A stretch of 63,928 nucleotides of DNA, filler included, from Thraustochytrium aureum (GCA_012862495.1; 3 parts of 3 records of this genome joined end to end with filler, not necessarily neighbours in it), one strand, 5' to 3'; counted from the whole stretch's first letter, positions 45,353 through 58,189 are shown. The notes: generated by a model not told the origin, from the letters alone. Made by a program: numbers and translations.

Positions 45353-48251
45353 ATGAGCTGGCGCTGATTGATTTTACCTCAAGGTGGCGCCGGAAAGGGT
45401 GGGCGGCGTGTCGAGGGTGCTCGAGCACTTTGCGGGCCGCGAGGACGAGATGCTCAGGGCCATCGAGGGCAAGTACGGTGTCAGGTTCAAGCGCGATGGC
45501 TCGTTCGAGACCGCGGGCCACGCAAAGGGCCCGGACGACGACGGCGAGCTTGACGAGGCCGAACTCGCCGAGTTTTGGAGGCGCAACGGGAGCTTCAACC
45601 TCTACGACGGCGAAGAGTCGGTCCCCGGAGCGGCCGGGGCGAACCGCGACGACGTACTGGAGGGCCGCCATCGCACACGCGCTGGAGAACCAGCCAGCGC
45701 AGCGGTGGGGGCGCGCAAAAGTCATGATCGTGGGACGAGGCGCTGCGGGCAAGACCTCGACGGTTCGCTCGCTGCTGGGCATGCCGCCAGACACGGCGTG
45801 GCGTTCAACCGTGGGGATCGAGATGTCTGTAACCCACACTGCAGACTGGCGAAAGCGCGACCAGACCGAGTCCATCTTCGACATGCTCATCGCCAAGGCG
45901 GCGGCCTTTGCTGTGCAGTTCGGGTTCCCCTCAGCGCCCCAACGGCGAGCACGAGCACCGGCCAGGCGCAGGTGCGAGCAGCGAGGGGGCAGGTGACGCG
46001 GCGCAGGAAGGGAGCAGCGCGCGGCAGTCGGGCGGCCGGTCGTCGATTCGGCGGGTCCTCGGTCCGCCTTCTGGCGTCGCTGCGCAGCATGCTGTCACGT
46101 GGAGAGGGCGCCGGCGCGGCCCCTGCCTCGCGCGAGAGCTCGCTGATCGGATCTGCCGCCTCGAGCATGCGGAGCTCGGGCAAGACGAACGGGTCGAGCG
46201 TCGCCGACTCGGAGCGCGAGGCGGTCTGGAAGCTGCAACGTTTCGACTCTGACCTCGTGGAGAAGGAGCTCGGCCCGGAGGAGCGCGTGGTGCTCAACTT
46301 GTGGGACTATGGCGGGCAGCGCGTGTTTTTCACGCTGCACCACCTGTTCCTTACCGAGTTTGGCGTGTACGTTGTTGTATTCGACATGCGCTCGCTCGTT
46401 GGCGCGGACAGCGAGGCGAGCGAGGACACGTTGGGCGACCTGCGGTTTTGGCTCAACGCGATCCGCATGCACGCGGCGGGGGCGCCCGTCGCGATCGTGG
46501 GCACCTACCTGGACGAGGTGGACGCCGAGGAAGACTTGGACACGATCGACCAGTTGCTGCGCGAGAACCTCGAGCTGGACAGCTTTGACGTGATCGAGGA
46601 CGGGAAAAGCGGGCGCGCGTTCATGCCGCTGAACAACAACTCCGCAGCAGAGGACCGCGCCGCGGCCATCCGCGAGGCGATCGAGACCGCCGCACTAAGT
46701 CAAGACTACGTCCAGCAGGACGTGGCGCTGTCGTGGGCCCAGTTCCTGGACAGCCTCCTGACGGCCAAGGGGCGGCGGTACTTTGACGTGGAGCCGGAGG
46801 CGTCCGAGCTGGCGCAACGGTACGGACTGGGTCTGGAGGAGCTGCGGACGCTGCTCGAGTTCTTCCATCAGCTCGGTATGGTTGTGTTCGTGCAGGCCAC
46901 CAAGCTTTTGCGCAACCGGGTCATCACCGACCCGCAGTGGCTCCTCGACAAGCTCACGGCCGTGATCCGCGATCGCGACGTGCACGTTGACCCCGGCGTC
47001 CGCGCCCGCTTTGCCGACCGCGGCCTCGGCGACGACTTTGACGAGCTCATGGACAGCGGGCGGGCGAGCTGGCAGCTTGTGCACGAGGCCTTTGGCGTCG
47101 AAAGCTACGACTACTTGATCGACTTTGCGGTCAACACGCTGCTCATGGCGCCGATTCCGGCCGGGGCGGGCGCGGCGGCCGGGCAGCCCAACGCCTACAT
47201 CGTCCCGAGCCTGCTCCCCGCGATCTCGGCAGAGCAACTCGCGGGGCTCGACGAAGCGCACTCGGGCCACCGCTGCTGGTTTGAGTTTGAGTACCTTCCG
47301 GGGGGGCTCTTCCAGCGGGTGCTGTGCCTCGCTCTCCAGTTCTCGAGCCGGTTTGTGATGCGCTCAGGCGGCGAGGGGCAGAGCCCAACCTGCGCGTGGG
47401 CCTCGGCGGCCACGCTTCACTTTGGGCTGACCAAGGCTGCGATTGTCGCAGAGGGCAGCTCGCTCATGTTCTGCTTTGCGGCGGGCGAGCCCAACGTCGG
47501 GCCGGTGCTCGACCTCTTGCTCAGCATCACGCACCACGTGCACCACACTTTCATGGGCAACTCGCTCCAGTGGGAGCTCATGGTCTGCGTGCCAGACAAG
47601 CCTTCTGTCGGCGTCGCGGTCCACGGACTCGAAAAGGTTCGCGCGGGCACCGCGCGGGAGCTCTGGGGCTTTGACGCCGCCTTGGGCCGCGAGGTGCGCG
47701 TCGAGCCTGGCGCGCTGCACGCGTATAGTGGGTTTGGGCTTGCGCCGCTCGGGCTTCCGCGCCCGCCCTCGCTCGCGCACGGGCCCTGGGACGTCTACAT
47801 TGCGCACGAGTGGGCCGCGGACGAGGCTGGGCTGCGTGACGGCCACTTTGATGCCAAGCGGCTGTGCCTTGCGCTGCGGGCGCTGGGTCTTCGCGTCTGC
47901 TTTGACGAGGACCAGATGCTCTTTTCGCACGTCAAGGACGCTGCTGAGGACGAGATTGACCGCTCGACGGTGTTTCTGGTCCTCGGGTCTGCGTCGCTTC
48001 GCGCGTCGCTGGACGAGGCGACGCATTCGCCCGTGCGCGCTGCGTTCCGGCACGCGCTGTCTTCCAAGCCGATCTCTCTTGTCCTGGGGGCTGCGCTGGA
48101 GCCCTGCATGCTGGACCGGGAAGCTTGGACGGGGCCGCTTGCCAAGTCGCTGCGGAGCCTGTTGCACCCGCTCGATCTCACTGAGCGCCCCTTTCAAGTG
48201 GCGCCGCTCGTGCGCGCCCTGCACCGCGCGCGGATCAGCGCGTTGGTCTGA
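45353..48251 (+). CDS. Roco-like protein: short helical domain, ROC GTPase, COR and C-terminal TIR-like domain; frameshifts near 45375, 45660 and 45930
   Basis: AKVMIVGRGAAGKTSTVRSL, STVGIE, LWDYGGQRVFFTLHHLFLT, IVGTYLD; COR FFHQLGMV...VITDPQWL, YIVPSLL, LPGGLFQR; TIR WDVYIAHEW...LRALGLRVCFDEDQM. Confidence 0.85.
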
Positions 48252-50949
48252 GAGAGGAACAGTGCCTGCCTCTGTAGAGCTAAACAATGTGTTCTTTCTG
48301 TGTTGGACAGCGCGCTCCGTGTTCACTGGCATCCACCGCGCCGCAAGCTGCCGGCAGGATCGGCTGGCCGTCAGCAGCGAGCTCTGTCCGCCGGCGCGCT
48401 GGTTTCCTGCGCCCGTTGAGGACCACAAAACGCCAGCTACAGCCGTCGCACGCACGCTGCAGAGGGCGCCAGCCGCGCGGCGGAAACGCCAGCTTGGATT
48501 CAAGAGCAGCGTTGCCGGCACAGGCCACGCCCAGAGCGTCCTTGGCGGCTGAAGCGACCCTTGGANNNNNNNNNNNNNNNNNNNNNNNNNNNNNNNNNNN
48601 NNNNNNNNNNNNNNNNNNNNNNNNNNNNNNNNNNNNNNNNNNNNNNNNNNNNNNNNNNNNNNNNNNNNNNNNNNNNNNNNNNNNNNNNNNNNNNNNNNNN
48701 NNNNNNNNNNNNNNNNNNNNNNNNNNNNNNNNNNNNNNNNNNNNNNNNNNNNNNNNNNNNNNNNNNNNNNNNNNNNNNNNNNNNNNNNNNNNNNNNNNNN
48801 NNNNNNNNNNNNNNNNNNNNNNNNNNNNNNNNNNNNNNNNNNNNNNNNNNNNNNNNNNNNNNNNNNNNNNNNNNNNNNNNNNNNNNNNNNNNNNNNNNNN
48901 NNNNNNNNNNNNNNNNNNNNNNNNNNNNNNNNNNNNNNNNNNNNNNNNNNNNNNNNNNNNNNNNNNNNNNNNNNNNNNNNNNNNNNNNNNNNNNNNNNNN
49001 NNNNNNNNNNNNNNNNNNNNNNNNNNNNNNNNNNNNNNNNNNNNNNNNNNNNNNNNNNNNNNNNNNNNNNNNNNNNNNNNNNNNNNNNNNNNNNNNNNNN
49101 NNNNNNNNNNNNNNNNNNNNNNNNNNNNNNNNNNNNNNNNNNNNNNNNNNNNNNNNNNNNNNNNNNNNNNNNNNNNNNNNNNNNNNNNNNNNNNNNNNNN
49201 NNNNNNNNNNNNNNNNNNNNNNNNNNNNNNNNNNNNNNNNNNNNNNNNNNNNNNNNNNNNNNNNNNNNNNNNNNNNNNNNNNNNNNNNNNNNNNNNNNNN
49301 NNNNNNNNNNNNNNNNNNNNNNNNNNNNCGGCGCGCGACCAGCCAGCAGAAGACCGACAGCAACTTGCTTGCTGCGATTGGTCGCTCGCTGCGATTGGTT
49401 GCTTGGTTGCTTGCAGCGATTCTACTACTCTTTGGTACGAGTACCGGCGATTCTCGCCGTGCACTGCACGGGCCCGCGGAGATCGATCGATCCATCGACC
49501 TGAGCGCAGTCGCGCAGGCACTGACTGGGGTGGGGAGATTGCCGCATGGTCAATGTTGTTGCATGCTTGATGATGGGAGATCCATCCGACGAGCCGCCCG
49601 GACGCCGCGCGCTCCCTTGCATGCTCGTCCGCGGAGCACTGATGCAGCTGCGACACCGATGACACGGTCGGTGATGGGGCGACCGGGTCGGTTGTGCTCG
49701 GCCTTCGTGTCTCTCTCGTTGCCTGCTTGGCCTTTTCCGGATTGGGCAATTTCGCCTTCCACGGCCGATCGTATCGCACTCGGCGGGCTCTTGAGTCGCG
49801 CCGTAGGAGGCGGGAGATACAGCGCAGATTCCGTTCCGGGCTCTCCTTCCTGCTTGCCTTCTTCCTCTCTCAACGTACCTAGGAGGAGAGGAGCGGAAGG
49901 AGTCACGAAGTGCGTTCGCTTCTTCCGAGCCTGCCTGCCAACGTACGCCANNNNNNNNNNNNNNNNNNNNNNNNNNNNNNNNNNNNNNNNNNNNNNNNNN
50001 NNNNNNNNNNNNNNNNNNNNNNNNNNNNNNNNNNNNNNNNNNNNNNNNNNNNNNNNNNNNNNNNNNNNNNNNNNNNNNNNNNNNNNNNNNNNNNNNNNNN
50101 NNNNNNNNNNNNNNNNNNNNNNNNNNNNNNNNNNNNNNNNNNNNNNNNNNNNNNNNNNNNNNNNNNNNNNNNNNNNNNNNNNNNNNNNNNNNNNNNNNNN
50201 NNNNNNNNNNNNNNNNNNNNNNNNNNNNNNNNNNNNNNNNNNNNNNNNNNNNNNNNNNNNNNNNNNNNNNNNNNNNNNNNNNNNNNNNNNNNNNNNNNNN
50301 NNNNNNNNNNNNNNNNNNNNNNNNNNNNNNNNNNNNNNNNNNNNNNNNNNNNNNNNNNNNNNNNNNNNNNNNNNNNNNNNNNNNNNNNNNNNNNNNNNNN
50401 NNNNNNNNNNNNNNNNNNNNNNNNNNNNNNNNNNNNNNNNNNNNNNNNCCCCGGCCGGCTTGTAACGGCGTGCGTGGAGCAACTGCCTGACGTTGCAGGG
50501 CTACCATACGCCTTGCTGTGGACTGCAATCGAGCGCCAACAGGCTTTCGTGCGAGCAAGCGAGCCGTGAAAAAAAGGAGACCGCCCCGAGGCGACTCCCC
50601 GAACGATTCACAGACAGTGGCCTGTGACGAGCTGCCGTTGTCGCACCACCACACCCTTCAAGGGCCGAGTACGCGTGCAGTGCACCCTACCTACTTGCTG
50701 CCCGGTCGTTCGCTGCCTTGACCAGAGTGCGTGGGCGGTTTGCTTGCACTGCACACCCCCCACCTTGGAAAAGCTAAAAAGCTGGCATTACACGAGTGCC
50801 TGCAAAACAAGCGGCGAGTCTCTCACCGGAACGGCGACAGCGACAAGCAGACTCCCAAAACCGAGCTGATCCCCGCGCCGCCACCGCAAACCATACGCCA
50901 CGCGTGCAAGCGGCAAGCGCGCGGCAGCGACAAGGGCGCGGCTCCAAAA

Positions 50950-52569
50950 ATGCTCGGCCTCTCCCGGTCGACGAGCGAGGCGAGCCTGCCGCGCGCGGCC
51001 CTCAAACTGAAACTGCGCAACGCCAGGGGCTCGAGCGGCAGGGCTAGCTTTGGCCTCTTGGCGCACCTGACCGAGGACGTCGAGATCGAGATGATGCGCT
51101 TCTTCTCGGCGGAAGACCTCGCCAAGCTCTGCGCCACGAACACTGCGCTGCGCGAAATGGCGCTCGTGGTCTGCCAGGAGCAGTGCAAGCTGCTCATGGG
51201 CATGGCGGACGAGGAAGACGAGCTCGTCGAGCTCCCGATGGTCAAGCACCTCGCGGCGACTACCGGCTCGGGCTTGCCTTACTTCCTCCACCTGATCAGC
51301 TCGTGCCGCGCGCAGACCAACCTGGCGACCCTGTCGCTCGGCGAAGCCCACTCGTGCGTGGTCTCCAAGGTCGGCCCCGGGCGGACCGCCGTTCACACAT
51401 TCGGCGAGGGCAGCCTGGGGCAGCTCGGCTCGGGCCGGAGCGAGAACAGCGTCATCCCGATGCGCGTCCACTTGGACAGCATCCTCCCCGCCGGCTCCTC
51501 GGTCGTTGGGGTGGCTTGCGGCGCGAGCCACACAAGCCTCCTCACCAATGACGGCCGCATTCTGAGCTTCGGGCTCAACAACGCTGGCCAGCTCGGCGAC
51601 GGCACGCGCAACCAGCGAATCGTGCCGGGCTTCACCAAGGACGTGCGCCGCGGCGACGGCTCCACGGTCAAGTACGCGCAGATCGTGGCCGGCCGCTTCT
51701 ACACGGCCGCGATTACACCGAGGGCCGCGTCGCTGTCTTCGGCGAGGGCCTCGACATTGAGCACGTAGGCAACAGCCCGCTGCTGCCGCGCGGCGAGATT
51801 GCTCGCGACGAGCGCGTCGTCCAGCTCGCCGCGGGCCAGGAGCACCTCCTCATGCTGACGGACCGCGACAACCTCTTCGCTGTTGGCAGCGGCCACCAGG
51901 GCAAGCTCGGCCTCGCACGCAACCTGGTCGAGCCTTACGAAGAGTCCTTGCTGCCTGAGCCCGAGCGCCGCATCATGTCCCAGCTGCGCACCTCGCAAAG
52001 CGCGCGCGTCCCAGGCCGCGTCGCGTTGCCCTCCGCAGCCAGGCGTATTGTGCACATCGCCGCGGGCGGCAACCACTCGGCGCTCGTCACTGGGGACGGC
52101 AAACTGTTCACCTGGGGAGCGGGGATCAACGGCGAGCTGGGTGTAGGCAAGTTTGTTCGCAGTGAACCACAGCCGGTCCTCGTGCAGCTCCCGCCCAAGA
52201 CCCCGTTCGCTGTGAGCGTGTCTTGCGGAAAGGCGCACACTGCAGTGCTCACCTCGTGCGGCCACGTCCTCACCTGTGGCAGCGGCTCGTACAACCAGGA
52301 CGGCAAGGAGAACCGTTTCTGGGCCACGCACTCACCGCAGGAGATTTGCCTCGGGGACCTCGCGCACCACAAGCCTAGCGTTTCGGTGGTGGTTTGCGGG
52401 GGGGCGCCACTCGGCGCTGCTCGACGTGCAGGGGAACCTCTTCACCTTTGGGGATCCCATGTGCACGGGGCGCCCGCTCCGTGCGCAGACTGGCGGGCCC
52501 AACTATCTGCCGCGGATTGTGCCGATCAACAAGGACGTCACGGGGACCTTTCGCCTGCGCAGCATCTGA
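50950..52569 (+). CDS. F-box-like plus RCC1-repeat protein; frameshifts near 51720-51770 and 52400
   Basis: LAHLTEDVEIEMMRFFSAEDLAKL (F-box-like); GEAHS, FGEGSLGQLG, ACGASHT, FGLNNAGQLGDG, AAGGNHS, WGAGINGELG, SCGKAHT. Confidence 0.85.
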
Positions 52570-53305
52570 GGCCGACGCGGGCGGTTCGCGAGCAAGCGGC
52601 CGCCGGCNNNNNNNNNNNNNNNNNNNNNNNNNNNNNNNNNNNNNNNNNNNNNNNNNNNNNNNNNNNNNNNNNNNNNNNNNNNNNNNNNNNNNNNNNNNNN
52701 NNNNNNNNNNNNNNNNNNNNNNNNNNNNNNNNNNNNNNNNNNNNNNNNNNNNNNNNNNNNNNNNNNNNNNNNNNNNNNNNNNNNNNNNNNNNNNNNNNNN
52801 NNNNNNNNNNNNNNNNNNNNNNNNNNNNNNNNNNNNNNNNNNNNNNNNNNNNNNNNNNNNNNNNNNNNNNNNNNNNNNNNNNNNNNNNNNNNNNNNNNNN
52901 NNNNNNNNNNNNNNNNNNNNNNNNNNNNNNNNNNNNNNNNNNNNNNNNNNNNNNNNNNNNNNNNNNNNNNNNNNNNNNNNNNNNNNNNNNNNNNNNNNNN
53001 NNNNNNNNNNNNNNNNNNNNNNNNNNNNNNNNNNNNNNNNNNNNNNNNNNNNNNNNNNNNNNNNNNNNNNNNNNNNNNNNNNNNNNNNNNNNNNNNNNNN
53101 NNNNNNNNNNNNNNNNNNNNNNNNNNNNNNNNNNNNNNNNNNNNNNNNNNNNNNNNNNNNNNNNNNNNNNNNNNNNNNNNNNNNNNNNNNNNNNNNNNNN
53201 NNNNNNNNNNNNNNNNNNNNNNNNNNNNNNNNNNNNNNNNNNNNNNNNNNNNNNNNNNNNNNNNNNNNNNNNNNNNNNNNNNNNNNNNNNNNNNNNNNNN
53301 NNNNN

Positions 53306-54500
53306 CTTGCCCACGCACGTCGGTCGAGCTCGATGTAGTCTTGCCCGGTCACGTTCACGCCAAAGCTTTTGGCCGGAGACCAGGTTGCGCCACCGTCGCG
53401 CGATAAGGTGAACTGCGGCGCCACTCCACTAGCCTTGACCGCCCAGGCTGCTGCGCAAAACCCAGTGCCTTGGACAGGCACGCAGGAGATGGCAGGGCTG
53501 AAAATGTCGCTTGCTGCCGACACGTTGACTAGCCCAGTCCAATTCCCTCCGGCGTCTGCCGTCTGTGAAGCCACAGTGCTGATAACCTCGGTCGTCAGGC
53601 TCTTCGACTCGCGAGCGACAACAGCGCAGGACTGCGGGCCCCAACACGACACCGACGGAGTCGCGTATCGGGTAGTTCCTTGGCCATCTGCGACTGGCGA
53701 GGACAGAACCACAGGCGCTTCCCACTTGTCGCCAAGCGACGTCGTGACAACACCAACGAGGGAATCGCTCGTGGCAAACCTGTTGTTTGTCACCGCGATG
53801 GCTCGAAAGGCAACCATGCAGGTCTGGCCCACGGGCGCGCACGAGATCGACGGGTCGTAGGTGTAAAACCCGTTTCCGCCCGAGCTGCGACAACGACGCT
53901 CGGCTTCGACCAAGTTAGTCCCGCGTCCTCGGACACGAACGAGAGCAGCGGCCCTCCCGAAGACGTCGTGGACGCGACTATGATGCAAGTGGCATTTGTC
54001 GGCGCTGGGCTGCCACAGGCCACCGAGGGCGTGCTCTTCTGGCCAAATCTTGATGATGGAGCATCGAGCGTTCCAATCGTGGCCCATGTGGCGCCGTCGT
54101 CGGTGGTGCGAACGACCTCGAGCTCGATACTATTGACGCGAACTGCTCCAACGCATGCGCGGATTCCCTCGACCTGGAAACAGGCCACGGCTGCCGAGCG
54201 CTGCGCGGGTCCGTTCGCGCCCGAAACGAGCGTTGGCGCGGTCCAATTTGAGCCAAAGGCATTGCTTCTTGCAGCGACCAGCCGCGGCGTTGTGGCGCCT
54301 CGATCTGCCAGCACGACGCAAGCCCCGTCCGTAAAGCACGCCACTTCGGGCCGCATTACACTCCCTGTATCGTCTGGCCCTTCTCTCGGTAACGGCATGA
54401 ACGCGCCAAAACCGCTCACGCCGCCGCTTTGCAGCGCCAGCACCAGCAGCACCAGCAGCACCAGCGGGGCTGCCTGAGCAACAGCAAGAGTCTGCATCAT
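53306..54500 (-). CDS. Secreted BNR/Asp-box (sialidase-fold-like) protein; frameshift near 53880, 3' end in gap
   Basis: Signal peptide; Asp-boxes TTDDGATW, SEDAGLTWS, TADAGGNW, SRDGGATWS. Confidence 0.75.
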
Positions 54501-56009
54501 TTCTCTCAGCTCTGGAGCAGGAGCGCGTTTGTGAATTGCTCGCGACTGGCGCTTCGCTCCAGCGCTGCCGGCCGTCTTGGCGCACGACTCGAGCGCCTTT
54601 TGCCATTTTGCCACATTGGCCTCGTACTACAGTCTCTGGCTGGCGCACGCTCGCATCAGACATCGTGGCGTGTGACCGCATGTGCAAAGCAAGAGCTCCT
54701 CAAGCCTCCGAGCAAGCCGATCAAGAGACTGCAAGCAAGGAGGATCCTCCTTCCTTGCGCCGGGCCCTCCTTGCCGCAAGCGCGGGTCCGTTTCACGCGC
54801 CGTGGATCTGTCGCTCCTTCCGGAAGCCGTGGCACTTGCCGCGACAGATGATCGTTGCCAGCTCCGCCAACCACCTCGTCCACGAGAAGCAAGCCCAGAA
54901 GCACGATCAGAGGCAGGCAGCGCGCTCTGGCGCAGCCGCAGTTCGCGCGACTCTGGGCCGCGACAAGGCCGCGCCTGGAGACAAGGCCCTGCATGGGCAA
55001 AGCGTCCCGGCCGAGCAACCTCAATTCGTGCAGGGATTCCTGCTCGTGAAGGTGAGCAAATGAGCGAGTCGTGCTACTCACGTCCAGGACTACAGCAAGT
55101 ACCGTCAGAGTGCCCTGGCACGCCCTGCAGCTCTATCCAGCGAGCAAGTGCCTACTGCGCCGCGAACCAAGTACCTTCAGCAGCAGCGCGGTGGGCAGGC
55201 GCTCGCTTGATGCGACTTTTCAAGGCGCGCGCCCGNNNNNNNNNNNNNNNNNNNNNNNNNNNNNNNNNNNNNNNNNNNNNNNNNNNNNNNNNNNNNNNNN
55301 NNNNNNNNNNNNNNNNNNNNNNNNNNNNNNNNNNNNNNNNNNNNNNNNNNNNNNNNNNNNNNNNNNNNNNNNNNNNNNNNNNNNNNNNNNNNNNNNNNNN
55401 NNNNNNNNNNNNNNNNNNNNNNNNNNNNNNNNNNNNNNNNNNNNNNNNNNNNNNNNNNNNNNNNNNNNNNNNNNNNNNNNNNNNNNNNNNNNNNNNNNNN
55501 NNNNNNNNNNNNNNNNNNNNNNNNNNNNNNNNNNNNNNNNNNNNNNNNNAGCTCTCAGTGGGAACGCGAGGACTGCTGCAGGAGGCCTCATGCCGGAGGA
55601 TGATGTGCGGGATGGGTGCGAAACTCGAGGACGCGCTGCCGGAAGCGCAAGGCGTCATCAAAGTCGAGAATAGAATCTCTTGCAGGCCAGCCTCCGACCA
55701 AGTGCGCAGTCTTCTGATCCTGCTTCGCAACGAGAAGAAGGAACGCGACCGGAGCAAGGGGCTCCGGAGTTATATTCTGTTCTGGGAGCTCTTCACGAAC
55801 GTGACGAAGGAGATCTGGCGTTTTCGAGATTGTCCTGAGCAACGCAGGTCTCACCGACACACTCCGTGTTATCCACGGGGACAAACCAGATTTTGCACGC
55901 CGTCGAACATTTTGCGTCGAATTCGTTTCTGCTCGTTCTCGCCGAGGACAATTGCAACGCCAACTGGAGAGAAATGTGCGGTATGATGATGCGAAGGCAC
56001 GGCCAGGGG

Positions 56010-57026
56010 CCTGAAGGAATCTGAGTTCCTTTGTCAGCGACAAACCTTCATTCCTCGCTGCAGTGGCAACCCGTTTGTTCACGTCGCTTGAAACGCGCAC
56101 GTTGACACTCGAGGGGAACTTTTGCCCAAGCTGGACACGGATTTCTTCAGTCTGTGTATCGCCCGGGTGACCACGTCTTGCGCCACCCGTACGAAGGAAA
56201 AGTGCATTGCTTTGGGGATTGAAGAGGCGTGTTGGTTTCTCTGGGGCGAACAGGAGGGACTTGTGCAGACGTCGCATCTGGGCAACATCGTCAGGTACGC
56301 GGCGACGGAGATGGCCACGGCTGTCGGAAATTACAACGACCCGGACATCGCATTCTACGACCACATGGTTCAGTACATCAGGTGCAAATACGGCCTCCGG
56401 TACAAGGGACACGCTAAATTCATCTGCGACCGCATCATGATTAGCGGCGAAAACGCCGACCCGCTGGGCTTTGAGAGTACGCCCGAGAAACTGGACATGC
56501 CTGAAGAAACCCTCGTCGACATCATCCTCTCTGAACGGGACATCTACCTCGCCGTGCGCGAGAGCGGCCGGTACACCGAGCACCGGTTTGCGCTGATGCA
56601 AGAAATCGAGCGCATGAGCACGCCCGTGGATGAGCGGTGCAAGTCCATCCGAGACTGGTTCGAACTCCCAAGCGCGGCGTACAGTGGGACGATGGGTGCT
56701 CGCTGCGAACAAACGGGTAACGAATTCCACTTCATGTTTGACATACGCAAGACCCGGCATCCGGTTACCAAACGCGCCAAAAAACCAACCAAAGCGATGA
56801 CCATCAAAAATGAGGCCTGGGACCCTCGCCGAACATTTGAGAACGGAAACGGCCTCGACATCCGCGACCCTACCAACTTTGTCGCGGCCGATGTCGGACA
56901 CTACAACATCCTGACGTGCGTGAAGCCCACCGGCGCTATGCATAAGAACGGAACGGCGGAGGTGGAGAAGCGCAACTACTCCAAATGGCGTTACAACCAC
57001 GATCGAAGCGCAACAAGGTCAACCGC
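56010..57026 (+). mobile_element. Fanzor1-like (eukaryotic TnpB-derived) RNA-guided endonuclease; N-terminus frameshifted or decayed, truncated by scaffold end just after RuvC-I
   Basis: LPKLDTDFFSLCIARV, GNIVRYAATEMATAVGNY, QTGNEFHFMF, FVAADVGHYNILTCV (RuvC-I-like Asp at 56890) and NYSKWRYNHD, in the order recalled for Fanzor1; appears less GC-rich than the host genes. Confidence 0.65.
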
Positions 57027-57126
57027 NNNNNNNNNNNNNNNNNNNNNNNNNNNNNNNNNNNNNNNNNNNNTTAATTAATTAANNNNNNNNNNNNNNNNNN
57101 NNNNNNNNNNNNNNNNNNNNNNNNNN
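57027..57126. other. Artificial scaffold spacer N44-TTAATTAATTAA-N44
   Basis: Same 100-bp structure as 27564-27663. Confidence 0.95.
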
Positions 57127-57249
57127 CGTCTCTCGTTTGAACTTGATTTCAATCTTGAGAAATCAAGAAAGATGAAGATCTTGTCTTTGTGCGCAAGTTT
57201 CTGGGACCTGCATCTCCCGCCCTCTATTTCTAAACGTACCCCGATGTTT

Positions 57250-58125
57250 TTAGAATGAAATGAGGCGGTGCGGGTCGCTGGTGATGACCTTTCCCGCTCG
57301 CTTCCACCCGTGCCCAGTGTATACGAGAAGCACCAAGTTGGAGGTGCTGTCGAACTTGACGAGCGTGATGCCGCCATCCAGCTTTTGCGACGGCTTTAGA
57401 ATGCTGAAGACCTTCTCGTACCCGCGGTACGTGATTATCACGCCTTTCTCGTTGCGCAGCACGTACTTACCGTCGCGCATGATGTGCCCGTCAGTGTCGA
57501 CGGTAACGCCGTTTTTGCCGACGGCGGTGAAACGTCCCGCAACGTCCTCGGGCTTTACCTTGACGTAGGTGCCGCTCCAGTTCTCGATCCCCTCTGTGTG
57601 GTCGTTCCGCCATGGCTTTTTGGTAGCACTAGCGATCATTTCCAAGGTCAGAATAAATAACTTTAAATCCCCAAGCACCAATGACGCGCTCGCGGGTGAG
57701 GTGGGAAGCTTTGCGTTCACGGGCGTTGCGCCACCGCCTGCCCCACCCGCACCATTGCCGCCACTGCCGCCACTGCCGCCGACCGGGCTGTTTGTGCCAC
57801 TTGCCTGCTTGCTCGTCCCGCTACCACTCGTTGGGTTGGCGCCGCTGAGCCCGCTGCCTGACACGTTCGACTTGTACTCGCCAAACATTCCGAGGCCCGA
57901 CCCCGAAGTTGGCGCGGTTGTCGTACCGTTCCCGCTCGTGGCGTAGTCCACTGCGAACGAGATCGCCGCGGCCACGAAAAGCGCCACACCGACGCGGGCG
58001 CGGAGCGATGGCTTTGCGCCTAGAGCCGCGGCAATCCGAGAGGCGGTCTTGAAAATGATGCCGAAGCCGACCGTCATTCCAACGCCGTAGATGATGCCGC
58101 GACGCGTCGTGTCAGACAGGTTCAT
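57250..58125 (-). CDS. Orphan membrane protein (2 N-terminal TM helices, Gly/Ser-rich linker, beta-rich C-terminal domain)
   Basis: MNLSDTTRRGIIYGVGMTVGFGIIF...VGVALFVAAAISFAV; A-rich context before the ATG. Confidence 0.65.
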   Translation of the reverse strand: MNLSDTTRRGIIYGVGMTVGFGIIFKTASRIAAALGAKPSLRARVGVALFVAAAISFAVDYATSGNGTTTAPTSGSGLGMFGEYKSNVSGSGLSGANPTSGSGTSKQASGTNSPVGGSGGSGGNGAGGAGGGATPVNAKLPTSPASASLVLGDLKLFILTLEMIASATKKPWRNDHTEGIENWSGTYVKVKPEDVAGRFTAVGKNGVTVDTDGHIMRDGKYVLRNEKGVIITYRGYEKVFSILKPSQKLDGGITLVKFDSTSNLVLLVYTGHGWKRAGKVITSDPHRLISF

Positions 58126-58189
58126 TTTGTTTGCTTTTAAAGTGCTTTGGGATCGACGATAGCGCTCAATCGTGCTCTTTGTTTCTCCG

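Noticed and set aside
50950..52569. UVR8 photoreceptor
   Set aside because: The RCC1 repeats lack the GWRHT tryptophan motifs, and there is an F-box-like N-terminus
55550..56000. Partner transposase upstream of the Fanzor-like ORF
   Set aside because: No DDE, HUH or serine-recombinase motif recognisable in any frame, and it is bounded by a gap
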